Part shown: one piece after another, positions 24,847 through 38,699 of the stretch
Numbering within the stretch: the stretch's first letter is position 1
Layout of the letters: each line of letters opens with the position of its first letter
Source of the DNA: Cetorhinus maximus
Taxonomy: Eukaryota
Direction of reading: 5' to 3'
DNA: 64,000 nucleotides
Assembly (NCBI RefSeq): GCF_964194155.1
Contig: NC_135887.1
Location: 21,204,001 to 21,268,000 of the forward strand
Notes under the pieces: generated by a model
Databases searched by the model: none
Told to the model about the DNA's origin: nothing
The model's input: the letters and a program-made list of their open reading frames with translations, nothing else
Position numbers and translations under genes: made by a program

Positions 24847-25990
24847 TGCTACGATCACTGTAGACCCTGACAACTTTTTAAAAAAAAATTTGAATCAAGA
24901 CTTCAAGTTTTAAGACAACAGACAAACTAAAATCAAAATCGACTAAATATTACTAAATAGGCAACTAATACTTTAAACTACAGAAACAACATCCCTTATT
25001 AGAGTTTTAACTCAATTCATAACCCCATGCCACGTTTATGCTTTACGCCATACACTCCGCGGAATTGTAGTCTTTACAGGAAACCGTCTCAGGTTACTCC
25101 TAGTTTCCAATGGGTTCACTTCTCCCTGTTTTGGTAAGTTGTAATCACCGGTGACCACTGAAAATCCTTTACCTCAGCTGAGGAATCCCGAGCCTACCTT
25201 CAGCCCATTGCTCACTCCAGTGATTCCTTCCTCCAGCCATGCCAGGATGAATTTTCCAGTGCCCTTAAATTTCCACAGGTTCCGTCTCTTCGGCCAGAGA
25301 ATGTCTTTCCACCTGCATTCTGTCTGGTAGCTAATGGAGAAAAACTGCCTTTTTCCTTTCTGCTACTGTCCCTGTCTCTCTCTCTCTCTCTCTCTCTGGG
25401 ACTCGCTGTCTCTCACCCTCTCTCTCTTTCTCGGTGTTCAGGGTTTTTTTTAATCAGACTGCCTGGGAGTCGTTAATTCTGCACAAAGCAAGAACAGCTG
25501 CCTCCTTTGTGTTCAGGTGTGAAATATGGCACTGAGTTTCAATAGGTCGACCTGAGCCCACTGACCCATGGTAACCATAACATGGCCTGTTGCCTGGCAG
25601 AGTCCAATACAACTTTACATCAACCCCCTTTTCCAGGGCACCCTGTTTTATCCTCAAAATAAGAAAAAACAGTCGAAAACATTTCCATCTTAAAACACCT
25701 CACATTTGTCATTGTATGATGCTTGCCAACACCTTCCCTTGTATCCTAATTAATTCCAATGCATTTATCTTAATTATCTGTTAAGTTATTACCAGGTGAG
25801 AAGGGGTGAACTGGCTCCCCTCTAATCAAACGCCTCGGTTGGTCACAACAAAAGTTTAAGTTTCTTTTTCGCAAGGATACGCTTTTTCTGAATCCAAATG
25901 TATTTAATTATTTAAGCTGCGAGCAATACCACGTGCACGCACACACACACATATCAGAAATGAGGGAAGGTAAAGCCCAATGAAAAAAAG
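24847..25990. mobile_element. Probable LTR-derived fragment(s) in the short BRIP1 intron, with (TC)n and (CA)n tracts
   Basis: Begins tgctacgatc (compare tgttacgatc at 41061); (TC)n about 25374-25397; no coding similarity recognised. Confidence 0.35.
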
Positions 25991-26183
25991 GTTAAAAGAA
26001 TGGGATGTGGTGTGATGACCAAAACCCGTGCACACTAAACTGCATATATAATGGCCTAAAATGACAGAGGATTGCTGGACTTTTTAGCCCCAAGTCAAAA
26101 TGTTTAGCTATCCGTGTTTAGTAATCTTTTGCAAGCTTATTTATCTTTACCCTTTTAACCTTCCTTTTGGTGAAGTGCCTTGA

Positions 26184-26345
<162 letters not shown>

Positions 26346-26900
26346 TAAGGAAGAATGGGCTGCTGAAACCTTTCCACTTGCAAAATAACCCATAAAAATG
26401 TATAGGTTAGAACAAAATGCCTGCAGGATCACATAAAAAAAAAAGTTAAGTCCCAGCACCTTTGTTATTGTGCAGTTCGTGCAGCAACACATCTGTGCCG
26501 CATTTTGTCCCCAAAATCTGCTGGCAGAAATGTAATACTAAGCTAATTTAACATTTAAAAAGAAAACTAGTCAACAGAATGTACAACAGCAAACTTCACA
26601 CATCTGCTTTTCTTAAAGGCTTAATAGACCAAAATCAAGCGATTCAATTTACATTGGAAATTGCAGGAATCCTTAAGGCCTAAAATTTCCATTATAATTT
26701 TGTGCATATATTCTGTAGGTAAAATAATATTTTTATAACTTTATTAAAAATGTTTCTTGATTTTCTTTACCACAATTGAAAATTACCGCTGCAAAGTGAC
26801 CAAATTGGCTGAGATTTGCTACAAATTTATTCAAACTTAATAAAACAAAACTTAACTCTTCTTTTCAAAAAGCTAGATTGGTTTAATTGAAAAATTTCAT

Positions 26901-27539
26901 GGGCAGGATTTTTACCTCGGCGGGCAGGCCCGGGAGCGGTCGCGAAGCCGACCGCTGCCTGCAATTGGGTCCCGACATCGATTTCACGCTGGATGGCCAA
27001 TTAACGGCCAGCCAGTGTGAAAGATGCGTGGCAATGCTGAGTGCTGCTAGGGGCGGGGGGGGTGGGGGGGCGGGCGGGAGGAGGGCGAGCGCAGAAGTTT
27101 GTGCATGCGCGCACTGAAAGCTCCCTGAGGCACAGAGCTGCCTCAGGCAGCTGAAGATTTTTAAAAACGCAAATAAAAATTTTACAAATGTTAAAAACAT
27201 GTCCCCTCATGTGACTCTGTCATGAGCAGGGACATGTTATAAATAATATTTCAACATTTTTATTTTATTTTTAATTCCTCTTGGAAACCTTGTCATGTCC
27301 GTGGATGAGGTTTCATAAAAAAATCCAAAGGCTGCCTGGCCGATTCGCCTGCCCGCCAAGCGTAAGGTTGGACGGGCAGCGAAAAATTGCGTTCAAATGT
27401 GACTTTAGTAACCTTAATAGGCCTTTTAGTTGTTGAAGGGCTTGCTGCCGATTCCCGCGCGCGCCCACTGACCGAAATATCACGTGAGTGCACGATGATG
27501 TCGGGTACGTGCCTGCATGCTCAGCGAAAATTCCTGCCC
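26901..27539 (-). mobile_element. Family H non-autonomous DNA element, copy B
   Basis: GGGCAGGATTTT...AAAATTCCTGCCC with 3-bp duplication CAT; related internal palindromes in reverse order. Confidence 0.8.
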
Positions 27540-27961
27540 CATGTCCCCAATTGGATATGTGGGGACCAACCAAAAATAAACCATTGTAAGTGAGGTACAG
27601 ACACTTAAAGGTCAGCATTTCAGCAGTTCTCTTCTGCATACTTTTAGTTTTATTCCCACTTTTCACATCTCCAATAACCCATAACAAAATGATAACAAAG
27701 GGTAAATCTCATGCCTAATTTCCTGCTGTGTACTTGAGTCTGCCTCTCATATCCCCTTAACCTGAGCTGTTCACATTGTGTTCTTCCACTCTAGATATTT
27801 CCCATTATTCCCCTTGATTTGTGAAAGCAAGAAATATTGTTGTTACAGTCCTCTATTGAAATTGGATTCTTTGTACAATGTGGTACAGCATAATGATGCT
27901 GAAAGTTTTTGTGTTGCTTACACACTGCTTGGCTTACAAAACAAACATTTTGCATTCTAAT

Positions 27962-28142
27962 TGAAAAGCAGAACACTGCGGATGCTGGAAATCTGAAATA
28001 AAAGCAGAAAATGCTGGGAATATTCAGCAGGTCAGGCAGCATCTGTGGATAGAGAACAGAGTTAGCATTTCACTCTGTCCTCTCTCCACAGATGCTGCCT
28101 GGCATAATGAGTGAGTATCACCAGCATTTTCTGTTTTTATTT
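27962..28142. mobile_element. Foldback mini-element of Penelope family N termini
   Basis: ggcagcatctgtggatagag...ctctctccacagatgctgcc inverted arms. Confidence 0.75.
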
Positions 28143-28999
28143 TAAATTCTAAATTCAGCTGTATTTCTTTCATAAATCTTTCTTGCTGGTTTTCTCTAGA
28201 TAACCAACCAGTTCTGTACATATTTGTATGTATTTTTCTCTCCGATGTTCTCCCCCTGCTCCTCCCTCAGGTGGTGACATGCTGGGTATGACTTCACAGG
28301 TAGTAGACTCATCTGCACTTCATTCAATTGGCTATTATTGTCTATTTAAACCATCAAAGGTGGGGTTGACCGGCAATCGCCTTCTCCTCTTCTCTGTGAA
28401 TGCACACTGTAAACAGGGACAACTAGATAACATCCAGCGCTGACAATTCTCTTCAGTTTTCTTTACTCCGTCCCCAACTTGAAGATGCTGTGACAAATGT
28501 AATAGTTAATTGTTTCAATAGCTGAGATTTTCTACCTCATTACAGGGAATGAATCTTGGATTTTGTTGATCTGTAGGCCAGTGCAACAACATGTGCATTT
28601 CTCACTAAATCATAAAATGTCTGAAATTCCTATTTGCATAGAGAGTTTTGCTTCCTATCAGCGATTCTTTTCACTGTGGTGTCTTGGGCATTATTACACA
28701 TTGCTAAATTTCCTCAAAAATGAGATTGCAGTGTTTAAAAAAAAGCAAAAAGATGTGTCGTACTCTACTGTGGGAATTTCCCTGCAAATGATACAATAAT
28801 TACTGTTACTAAATGATTATATCCTTCATTCTACAGAGATCTTTATTTAATGTTTTCCATATGATATAAGGTTGATCTGAACTGCCTTTCAGTGTTTGCA
28901 TTGTTTGTTGTTGGAGGGTCTGAGCCACAGGTTAAGAATGGATTACATATGTTGCAGGTGATTTCTGACCTTTTTTGTGATGGCTAGAAAGAGCAAACT

Positions 29000-29400
29000 G
29001 AAATCGTATTTATATACAGTCATTGGACGTCCCAAAGTGCTTCACAGTCCATTTATTACTTCTGTAATGTAGCCACTATTCTTACACAAACAAATGCAGG
29101 AACTGTTTTGCATAAAGTATGATCCTGCAAAACAGCAAAGGACCAGTTAAAACCCCCTGCTTTTAGTCATGTGGGTTCAGGGAGGAATGCAAGCCAGGAC
29201 AGTGGAACTCCCTGTTCTTCTTCACCTCACGCTATGCAATCTTTTGCATTCAAACAGTGAAGCAGGGCCTCAATTTAATGTTTCCTGCAATGGAACACTG
29301 CACCCATAGTGCTATACTGCTCTTTAGCCTAGATTTTGTACTCAAGTCCTGGAGTGGAGCTTGAGCCTGTAACAACTTTATCCTGAGACAAGAGTGCTAA
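29000..29400 (-). mobile_element. Decayed DeuSINE-like SINE
   Basis: Colinear with 15025-15428 (atttata..tcccaaagtgcttcacag...ctcaagtcctggagtggagcttgag). Confidence 0.6.
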
Positions 29401-31326
29401 ACTTAATGTTAAACTAACATGTTTTTTCTGCATTTAAAGCCCCCTAAGGACTCAAATAAATTGAAATGTACTGTAGGCCTTTACTTCTTCAGAATCAATT
29501 TCCCCTAATTACATTTCCTTTACATAGCTGATCATTTTTGCTTGGAGATTTTGAATGCTGTAGCAAGAACAGCACTACTTGATTCTATCTTTATGGAAGG
29601 CGCAGGAGCTGAATCAGATTGTGATTCAGCCACCTCATGCTAGAATTTTCTCACCAAATTTGTGTTGCTCCTATTCAAAATTTGGTGAGAAAATCATTGT
29701 TCGACAAGAGTATGAGATTCCAGGAGAGCTCTCACATGGGGGCAGCAAGAAGGTATACTGGATTATTTTTCTTAGTCTCTTTACATAGTAGGTTGAACTT
29801 TTTTTTTTACCATGGGTGAAATAGGAATTGCATACTCTTTTGTTGGTTGGGAATAGAAACTGGCAAGTTAGTGGCAGTGGATGGAACGTACAACATCTTC
29901 CAAACATCAGTTTAAAACTTTGACTTTTCTCTGTCTGTTTTTTGAATTGTAAGTAATAAGTCTGTGAAAATGGCAGAGCAGTCCAGCTTTTTCTTTGTTT
30001 ATCATGTCCTTAGCAAGTTGCATTGACCTTTAAGATTTTACTTTCGATCAAACTGTGCACAGGGTTTGAAAAGTGGAGCTGTCACCTTGGGGATTCTTAA
30101 TAATGATTGACACTTATAGTTCACCTTAGACACAGTGGCATGAAGCACATAGGAGTGATGTACCTCCAGGGAAGCTGTTTGATTTTTTTCACTTCTGCTT
30201 GGCTGACAGTAGATTGAATTTGCTGTTCATAAGAGAGTTTTGGTTGCATTAGATTTTAATCATGTCACTTGTTTAGAAACCCTGGAAGCAACTGGGATTG
30301 AGATGAGTAGATGAGACCAGGGTAAATTTGCACCATGATTTCTTGAAGCATTAAGTTTTGTGTTTGTGGAAATGCCACATAGTGTGCTACTATTCACTGC
30401 AAGTACCTGTCCCTTACCTGCACGTACCTGTCCCTTACCTTAACCATGTTAAAATTGAACAGCTCAGAGTGGCAACTATGCAAACAAGCACTTGGAACGA
30501 CAGACTCTTTATACATCTCAATGCAAATCTGATTATTTAATATTTTGTGCACTTGGGTGAAAATATCTCACTCTGCTCATTAATGAGGTCTTCATTTCCT
30601 AATTATAATTGTTGGTGGCTGAATGACCTCTTTCTGTGCTGTAGTTCAAACTGAAGCCGGGGTGTTAAATTTGAACAAAGGAAATTGTGAAGGTATGAGG
30701 GCAAATTAGCTGAGGTGGATTGGGAAAATACATTAAAAGGTATGATGGTATAAAGGCAATGGATGGTCTTTAAAGAATTATTACATAGTTTACAGCATTG
30801 ATACATTCCTTCAAGGCACAAAAACCCCAAAAGAAAAGCCAGCTAAACATGGCTAGCAAAGGAAGTTAAGGATTGTTTAAAATTAAAAGAAAAGGCCAAT
30901 GAAGTTGCCAGAAACAGTAGTAAACCTGAGGATTGGGAGCATTTTAGAATATGGCAAAGGATGGCCAAGAAACTGATAAAGAAAGGGAGAGTAGAATATG
31001 AATGTAAACTAGCAAAAAACTTAAAAACGGGCTGTAAAAGCTTCTATAGGTACGCAAAAAGGATGTGTTTGGCTGAGACAAATGTGGGTCCATGGCAGGC
31101 AGAGTCGGGAGAATTTATAATGGGGAATAGAGAAATGGCAGAGCAGCTAAATTATTACTTTGTGTATGTCTTCGCTGAGGAAAATACAAGAAATCTCCCA
31201 GATTTAGCATTCCAAGGGACCAGGGAGAAAGAGGTATTGAAGGAAACTAGTATTAATAGGAAGGTTATATTGGTGAAATTAATGGGACTGAAGGTTGTTA
31301 TGTCCCATGGACCTGATATTCTACAT

Positions 31327-34300
31327 TAGCATAGGGACGCGAGAATAAGGGAAGTAATCAAGTGGCTAAAGGAGCGGTGCGGGAAAGAGGGGTTCCATTT
31401 CGTGGGGCACTGGCATCAGTATTGGAACAGGAGGGATCTGTACCGTTGGGACGGTCTCCACCTGAACCGATCTGGGACCGGGGGAGGGGGTGGGGGTTTG
31501 GTGGGGGGGGCTCCAAGAAATATGACTAATGGGAAACAAAGCAGCAGGTTAGTGTGTGGGGGGATGGATTCAACTTCATGGAAAATTATGAAAAAACTGA
31601 AAAGAAAGGAGAGGCTATTAAAGTCTCCAGAACACAAAATAGGACATAGTGTTTGGAAAGGGCTAGGAATCTAACTTCAAGCACATCAGATAAAGGGACG
31701 ACAATGAGAAAGGGGATGGGAAATACAGGACTGAAGGTGTTGTATCTGAATGCACGCAGTATACGAAATAGGGTAAATGAGCTTGTGGTGCAGATTGAAA
31801 TTGGCAGGTATGATGTGGTGGGCATTACGGAGACATGGCTGCAAGGGGATCAGGACTGGGAGCTAAATATCCAAGGATATACATCCTATCGAAAAGATAG
31901 GCAGGTTGGCAGAGGGGGTGGGGTTGCTTTGTTAGTAAGAAATGAAATTAAATCGATAGCAAGAAATGATGTAGGGTCAGATGATGTAGAATCTGTGTGG
32001 GTAGAGTTGAGGAACCGCAAAGGTAAAAACACCATAATGGGAGTTATGTACAGGCCTCCGAACAGTAGTCAGGATGTGGGGCATAAGATACACCAGAAGA
32101 TAGAAAAGGTGTGTAAGAAAGGCAAGGTTACAGTGATCATGGGGGATTTCAATATGCAAGTAGACTGGGAAAATCAGGTTGGTAGTGGATCCCAAGAAAA
32201 CGAATTTGTGGAATGTCTACGAGATGGCTTTTTGGAGCACTAGGGAACATGCAATTCTAGATTTAGTGATGTGTAATGAGGCAGATTTGATAAGGGAGCT
32301 TAAGGTGAAGGAACCCTTAGGAGGAAGTGACCATAATATGATAGAATTTACCCTGCAATTTGAGAGGAAAAAGCTGGAATCAGATGTAATAGTATTACAG
32401 TTGAATAAAGACAACTACAGAGGCATGAGGGAGGAGCTGGCCAGAATTGATTGGGAGATGAGCCTAGCAGGAAAGACAGTGGAACAGCAATGGCAGGAGT
32501 TTCTGGGAGTAATTTGGGGGAGACAGCAAAAATTCATCCCTAGGAAGAAGAAGCATACTAAAGGGAGAACGAGGCAACCATGGCTGACAAGGGAAGTCAG
32601 GGACAGCATAAAATCTAAAGAGAAAGCATACAATGCAGCAAAGAGCAGTGGGAAACCAGAGGATTGGGAAGCCTACAAAGACCAACAGAGGACAACTAAA
32701 AAAGAAATAAGGAGGGAGAAGATTAAATATGAGGGTAAACTAGCAGTAATATAAAAGAAGATTGCAAGAATTTTTTTAGATATATAAAGGGTAAGAGAGA
32801 GGCAAAAGTGGACATTGGGCCGCTGGAAAATGCCGCTGGCGAAGTAGTAGTGGGGAACAAAGAAATGACGGAGGAACTGAATAGGTACTTTGCGTCAGTC
32901 TTCACAGTGGAAGACACGAGTGACATCCCCAAAGTTCAAGAGAGTCGGGGGGCAGAGGTGAGTATGGTGGCCATTACCAAGGAGAAGGTGCTAGGAAAAC
33001 TGAAAGGTCTGAAGGTGGATAAATCACCTGGACCAGATGGATTACACCCCAGAGTTCTGAAGGAGAGAGCTGAAGAGATAGTGGAAGAGATAGTGGAGGC
33101 GTTAGTGGCGATCTTTCAGGAATCACTGGAGTCAGGGAGGGTCCCAGGGGACTGGAAAATCGCTAATGTAACCCCCCTGTTTAAGAAGGGAGTGAGGCAA
33201 AAGATGGGAATTTACAGGCCGATTAGCCTGACCTCGGTTGTTGGTAAGATTTTAGAGTCCATTATTAAGGATGAGATTTCAGAATGCTTGGAAGTGCATG
33301 ATAAAATCGGGCAAAGTCAGCATGGTTTCATCAAGGGGAGGTCATGCCTGACAAATCTGTTAGAATTCTTTGAGGAGGTAATGAGTAGGTTAGACAAAGG
33401 AGAGCCAATGGATGTTATCTACTTGGAATTCCAGAAGGCCTTTGACAAGGTGCCGCACAGGAGGCTGCTCAGTAAGATAAGAACGCCTGGTGTTAGAGGC
33501 AAGGTACTAACATGGATAGAAGATTGGCTCTCTGGCCTCCTGCCTCCTGCAGAGAGTGGGAATAAGGATGGCGGCCAGTGACTAGTCGAGTTCCGCAGGG
33601 GTCAGTGTTGGGACCACAACTTTTCACTTTATACATTAATGATCTAGATGAAGGAACTGAGGGCATTCTGGCTAAGTTTGCAGATGATACAAAGATAGGT
33701 GGAGGGACTGGTAGTATTGAGGAGGCGGGGAGGCTGCAGAAGGATTTAGACAGGTTAAGAGAATGGGCAAAGAAGTGGCAGATGGAATACAATGTGGGGA
33801 AGTGTGAGGTCATGCACTTTGGTAGGAAGAATAGAGGCATAGACTATTTTCTAAATGGGGAGAGAATTCAGAAATCTGGAGTGAAAAGGGACTTGGGAGT
33901 CCTAGTCCAGGATTCTCTTAAGGTTAACTTGCAGGTTGAGTCGGTAGTTAGGAAGGCAAATACAATGTTGGCATTTATTTCGAGAGGACTAGAATATAAA
34001 AGCAGGGATGTGCTGCTGAGGCTTTATAAGGCTCTGGTCAGACCACATTTAGAATATTGTGAGCAATTTTGGGCCCCGTATCTCAGGAAGGATGTGCTGG
34101 CCCTGGAGAGGGTCCAGAGGAGGTTCACGAGAATGATCCCAGGAATGAAAGGCTTAACATATGAGGAACATTTGAGGACTCTGGGTCTATACTCGATGGA
34201 GTTTAGAAGGATGAGGGGGGATCTGATTGAAATTTACAGAATACTGAAAGGCCTGGGTAGAGTGGACGTGGGGAAGATGTTTCCATTAATAGGGGAGACT

Positions 34301-34599
34301 AGGACCCGAGGGCACAGCCTCAGAGTAAAGGGAAGACCTTTTAGAACAGAGATGAGGAGAAACTTCTTTAGCCAGAGAGTGGTGAATCTATGGAATTCAT
34401 TGCCACAGAAGGCTGTGGAGGCCAGGTCATTGAGTGTATTTAAGACCGAGATAGATAGGTTCTTGATTGGTAAGGGGATCAAAGGTTACGGGGAGAAGGC
34501 GGGAGAATGGGGTTGAGAAACTTATCAGCCATGATTGAATGGCGGAGCAGACTCGATGGGCCGAATGGCCTAATGTCTGCTCCTATGTCTTATGGTCTT
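31327..34599 (+). mobile_element. Young 5'-truncated CR1 LINE: end of esterase ORF1 plus nearly complete ORF2 (frameshifted)
   Basis: ORF1 end GHWHQYWNRRDLYRWDGLHLN (SGNH esterase); ORF2 YLNARSI, GITETW, YRPP, GDFN, SDHN, PGPDG, VPQGSVLGP, FADDT; tail cctatgtcttatggtctt. Confidence 0.96.
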
Positions 34600-35586
34600 A
34601 TCCCAGAGTGTTGAAAGAGGTAGCTGTGAAGATAGTGGATGTATTGGTGATTATCTTCAAAAATTCCATAGATTCTGGAGTGGTTCCTGCAGATTGGAGG
34701 GTAGCAAATGCCACCACACTATTTAAGAATGGAGGGAGAGAGAAACTGGGAACTACAGACCTGTTAGCCTTACATAAGTAGGGAAAATGCTAGAATCTAT
34801 TACAAAGGATGTGATAAATGGACACTTGGAAAATAAAGATCTGATTGGGCGTAGTCAACTTGAATTTATGAATGGGAAATCATGTTTGACGAACCTGTTG
34901 GAATTTTTTGAGGATGTTTCTAACAGAATTGATAAAGGGGAGTCGGTAGGCATAGTATACTTGGATTTTCAGAAGGCTTTTGATAAAGTCCCCCCACAGG
35001 AGGTTGATTAGCAAAATTAAAGCACATGGGATAGGAGGCAATATACTGGCATGGACTAAGGATTGGCTAATGGGCAAAGAACAGAGAGTAGGAATAAACG
35101 AGTCATCCTCGCATTGGTAGGCTATGGCTAGTTGGGTACCGCAAGGATCAGTACTTGGGCCCCAGCTGTTTGCAATATATATCAATGATTTGGTTGTGGG
35201 GACCAAATGTAATATTTTGCAGGTGACATAAAGCTAAGTGGGAATGTGTGTTGTGAGGAAGGTGCAAAGCAGCTTCAAGAGGATTTGGACAGAAGTGGGC
35301 AAGAACATGGCAGATGGAATATAATATGAAAAAATGTGAGGTTATCCACTTTGGTGGGAGGAACAGATGTGCAGAGTATTTCTTAAATAGTAAGAGATTA
35401 GAAAGTGTAGATGTACAAAGAGACCTGTGTGTCCTTGTCAATAAGTCACTGAAAGCTAACATGCAGGTGCAGCAAGCAATTAGGAAGGCTAATGGTATGT
35501 TACTCTTCATCGCAGGAGGATTTGAGTACAGGTGAAGTCTTGTTTCAATCGTATAGAACCTTGGTTAGATCGCACCTGGAGTACTG

Positions 35587-35869
35587 TGTTATATGATGTT
35601 GAATGTGCCTGCATGCCATTGTGATGTCAAGGTGTTCGGCGAGCAAGGGTTAATGTGTGACTGGAGAATAGCACTACCCATTGTATGATGTATAGAGTCA
35701 CATGGTATTAGACCCCGAGAACACACTAGAAGCAGTTGGTAGCAGCACCATGCGTGCCATTAACTGGTGATCTGTACATATTTAAAGATTAACAGTAAAT
35801 GATTCATGTTTAAACATACAAGTCTCAAGGTCTCATCATTGAGACATCAAACAAGTCCATAGTCCAATA
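35587..35869 (+). mobile_element. Short (about 280 bp) insertion, probable small solo LTR
   Basis: Interrupts CR1 motif HLEYC|VQFW; begins TGTTATA, ends CCAATA; TACTGTGT repeated at both junctions. Confidence 0.6.
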
Positions 35870-38699
35870 CTGTGTGCAGTTTTGGTCTCCTTACCTTAGG
35901 AAGGATATTTCCGTAAAGGGGGTGCAATGAAGGTTCACCAGACTTGTTCCTGGGATGGCAGGACTGTCCTATGAAGAAAGATTGCAGAAACTAGGCCTGT
36001 ATTCTCTAGAGTTTCTAAGAATGAGAAGTGGTCTCATTGAAACATATAAAATACTTAAAGGAATAGACAGGGTAGATGCAGGTAAGATGTTTACCCTGGT
36101 TAGGGAGTCTAGAACTAGTTTCAAAATATGGAGGAAGCCATTTAGTCTGAGATGAGGAGAAACTTTTTTTACTCAAAGGGTTGTGAATCTTCGAAATTCT
36201 CTACACCAGCGGGCTTTGGAAGCTCAGTCATTGAGTACGTTTAAAACAGAGATTGACAGATTTCTAAATACCATGACAGAAAGGGATATGTGGATAGTTT
36301 GGGGGAAAAGGCAGTGAAGTGGATGATCAGCCATGGTCGTATTGAATGGCAGAGCAGGCTCGATGGGCTGAATGGCCAACCTCTATGTTCCTATGCTCCT
36401 ATGTAGCAATCTACGATCTTTATGGTTTCAGCTGTAATAGCACTCCGGGTCCTGCAATTGGTCTCATTACCCTTGGATTAGAAAGGGACTAATCAGCCAG
36501 AATTCAACATGTTGGTCTCTAGCCACTGACCTCAGTTGACTAGTTCATGTCCATAGTTGTGAGGTGATAATTCTGCTTTTGTGAAATTTAGTGAAAAAGT
36601 AGCTATTTCACTATTTCGTAATCACAACAATTTCCAATTGTGTGTGCCAATCAAGAATGCACTATCACTTCTGTTCTCACCATCTTTCTTTAACTGCTGC
36701 TCCTCTCTGTCCTACTTGATTACAGTCTGCATTTTGCAGTTACCAACTTTTATAGTATACTGCAATTTTAATGTTACTGCAAAGCTTCATTGTATAGAAT
36801 CTGCATACTAATATCTCAGATCTGATATTACAGAGCAGCTTGTGGTATTACTTAGCAGCAATAATCCGATGGAGCTGGCAGAATCCAGTGTTTGCACTGT
36901 AACTACATTCAAAGTGCATTCAGTGGCCTTCTGCACAAGTTTCTCATTAAAAATTGCATCCAGCCCATTCTTCTAAGTTATTGGAAATTTAATGGGTACT
37001 GAGTAACAAGTGAACAGGGTAGATATATGCAGTGACCTCATTACTGGCAGTATGGTCTTGTCGCTACTAAATGTGTCCCTGCTGCTGCATTGGTTGTTGG
37101 GTAAACCAGGACATGAGAGAACTTTTTTAGATATATAAATCTTTGTCTGAGTATTAGTCTGTAACGTTAATCCCAAGATGGAAGAAAATGTTTGGTTAAG
37201 TGTACAGCACTTTTGTTACATTTTTAATGATTTTATTTTCACATAGTTAAACTTAAATTATTTAGCATCTGAGTGACAGCAGATAAAAATGGAAAATGTT
37301 TTGTTACGTCTCAATGAAACAAGTTGTCTTTGCATTGTTTTTTTCTGTTAGACTAGAAAGCTTTATAAGTTCAAATTAGTCAATTACTCGTTCTTTAACA
37401 TCTCCATTGACACATCACATTAACTGAAAGATAGTACGTTTCTCTGGTTTGATTGCATTTCTACCCAATTTTATCTTTCAAGCATGCTTTACGTTTTACT
37501 TCAGTTTTGTGCTTGTGTTTTCCTGCAGGTGTCCCTTGTTGCCTGCTCTCTTCTTTCAACTAGAGAGGCAGATGGCCTTTTGCACAGATTCCTCATAGTG
37601 TCCATCAGTGGCACTACAATTTTCTAATGTGAGGTGCACTTGTAGCTATCATGGATACCAATCCATTCCTGTATTGCTTTTTTATTCATGTCCATTCTAA
37701 GTGAACTTTCAGAACGTGGTCAAATAAGTCCATTTTATTCTCCCTATTAATGTGCTTTATCTCTGTACTTCCCGTGTGTGAATGTATACGGGGTGTATAC
37801 ATTCTATTATCTAATCGAGTGCTCCATCCCCTATGCAAGGGGCAAATGTGGTTGGTGAATGTTGTCAGTGTCAAGCTCTTGAGATGGAGGTACTCTAGTG
37901 CCTGACATATCTAATGATGCCTGGTGGTCTTGTCCTTTATTCTCTCCAGCACAGTATGAATTATTTGAGTTAGGGCATTTAGGTAGGATCTCCATGGTAT
38001 TGCAATGAGAGACTACCACAGTTTTAGTCTACTCCTCCTATTTACCTGCTGGGCACTTTATTAGCATGCCTGGTGATCTGCTTGGGAGGAGACACTGCAC
38101 ACTAGATTATTGGAAGCCTTGCATTGTATCTCAATTTGATTTTCTCCAGTCTGTTAAAATAAAAAGAGATTGCTTGAATATTGGAACCAAGGTAGCTATA
38201 ATTTAGTAACAACTTTCATAGAAAAATTGTGTCTAGGTTTAAGCTCATTGTCACTTGGGGTTCCACTGCAGATGGCTTTTTAGTGGTCATTATCTCCATA
38301 ATGTTCTACATTCCTGTTAGGTGGCATGTGTCACTATGCATAGACTCTTCCATTGTTGTCGAGAGACCCCACAGAATGCATGGTACATGTTTAAAAAACT
38401 GTATGAAGTGCTCATGTTTAGACATTGTTTCCTGAGGTCCCAGTGCTTCGGCTGAGCAGCTAATGGAGGATTCAGACTGGCAGCTTGTTCATCCTTGCGC
38501 TTTCCACTTTGCTCTCGCAACTCAGTAACTGGACCCACCACTCCACTTGAATGGGTGCATAAGTACTGGCTGTGAAGTAATTATGAAGTGAATTATGCAA
38601 GGTGGTGGAAACCCAATAAATATTGGCCTTTGGGGATCTTCTCTAGATATTTGTTCCCTAGCCACCAATTGCATCCCTCTCTTCGGCCACTTTCTGAGG

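Larger units (their letters stand above)
30610..36405 (+). mobile_element. Older CR1 ORF2 copy (30610-31326 and 34600-36405) hosting a younger CR1 and a short insert
   Basis: GPDILH|PRVLKEVA is split exactly by the young copy; GKSCLTNLLEFFEDV, YLDFQKAFDKVP; tail ctatgttcctatgctcctatg. Confidence 0.9.

Noticed and set aside
30402-30440. Short tandem duplication gtacctgtcccttac x2
   Set aside because: Ordinary slippage duplication.
33578-34516. 312-aa ORF as a host or domesticated gene
   Set aside because: It is the C-terminal part of a frameshifted CR1 ORF2.
37505-37640. Possible exon after a strong pyrimidine tract (tttcctgcag)
   Set aside because: Translation does not resemble the expected VELKRQYND exon and no supporting donor was found; a poison exon cannot be excluded without RNA data.
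37780-37804. 10-bp hairpin GAATGTATAC-N5-GTATACATTC
   Set aside because: Too short to distinguish from chance in 64 kb; no supporting context.
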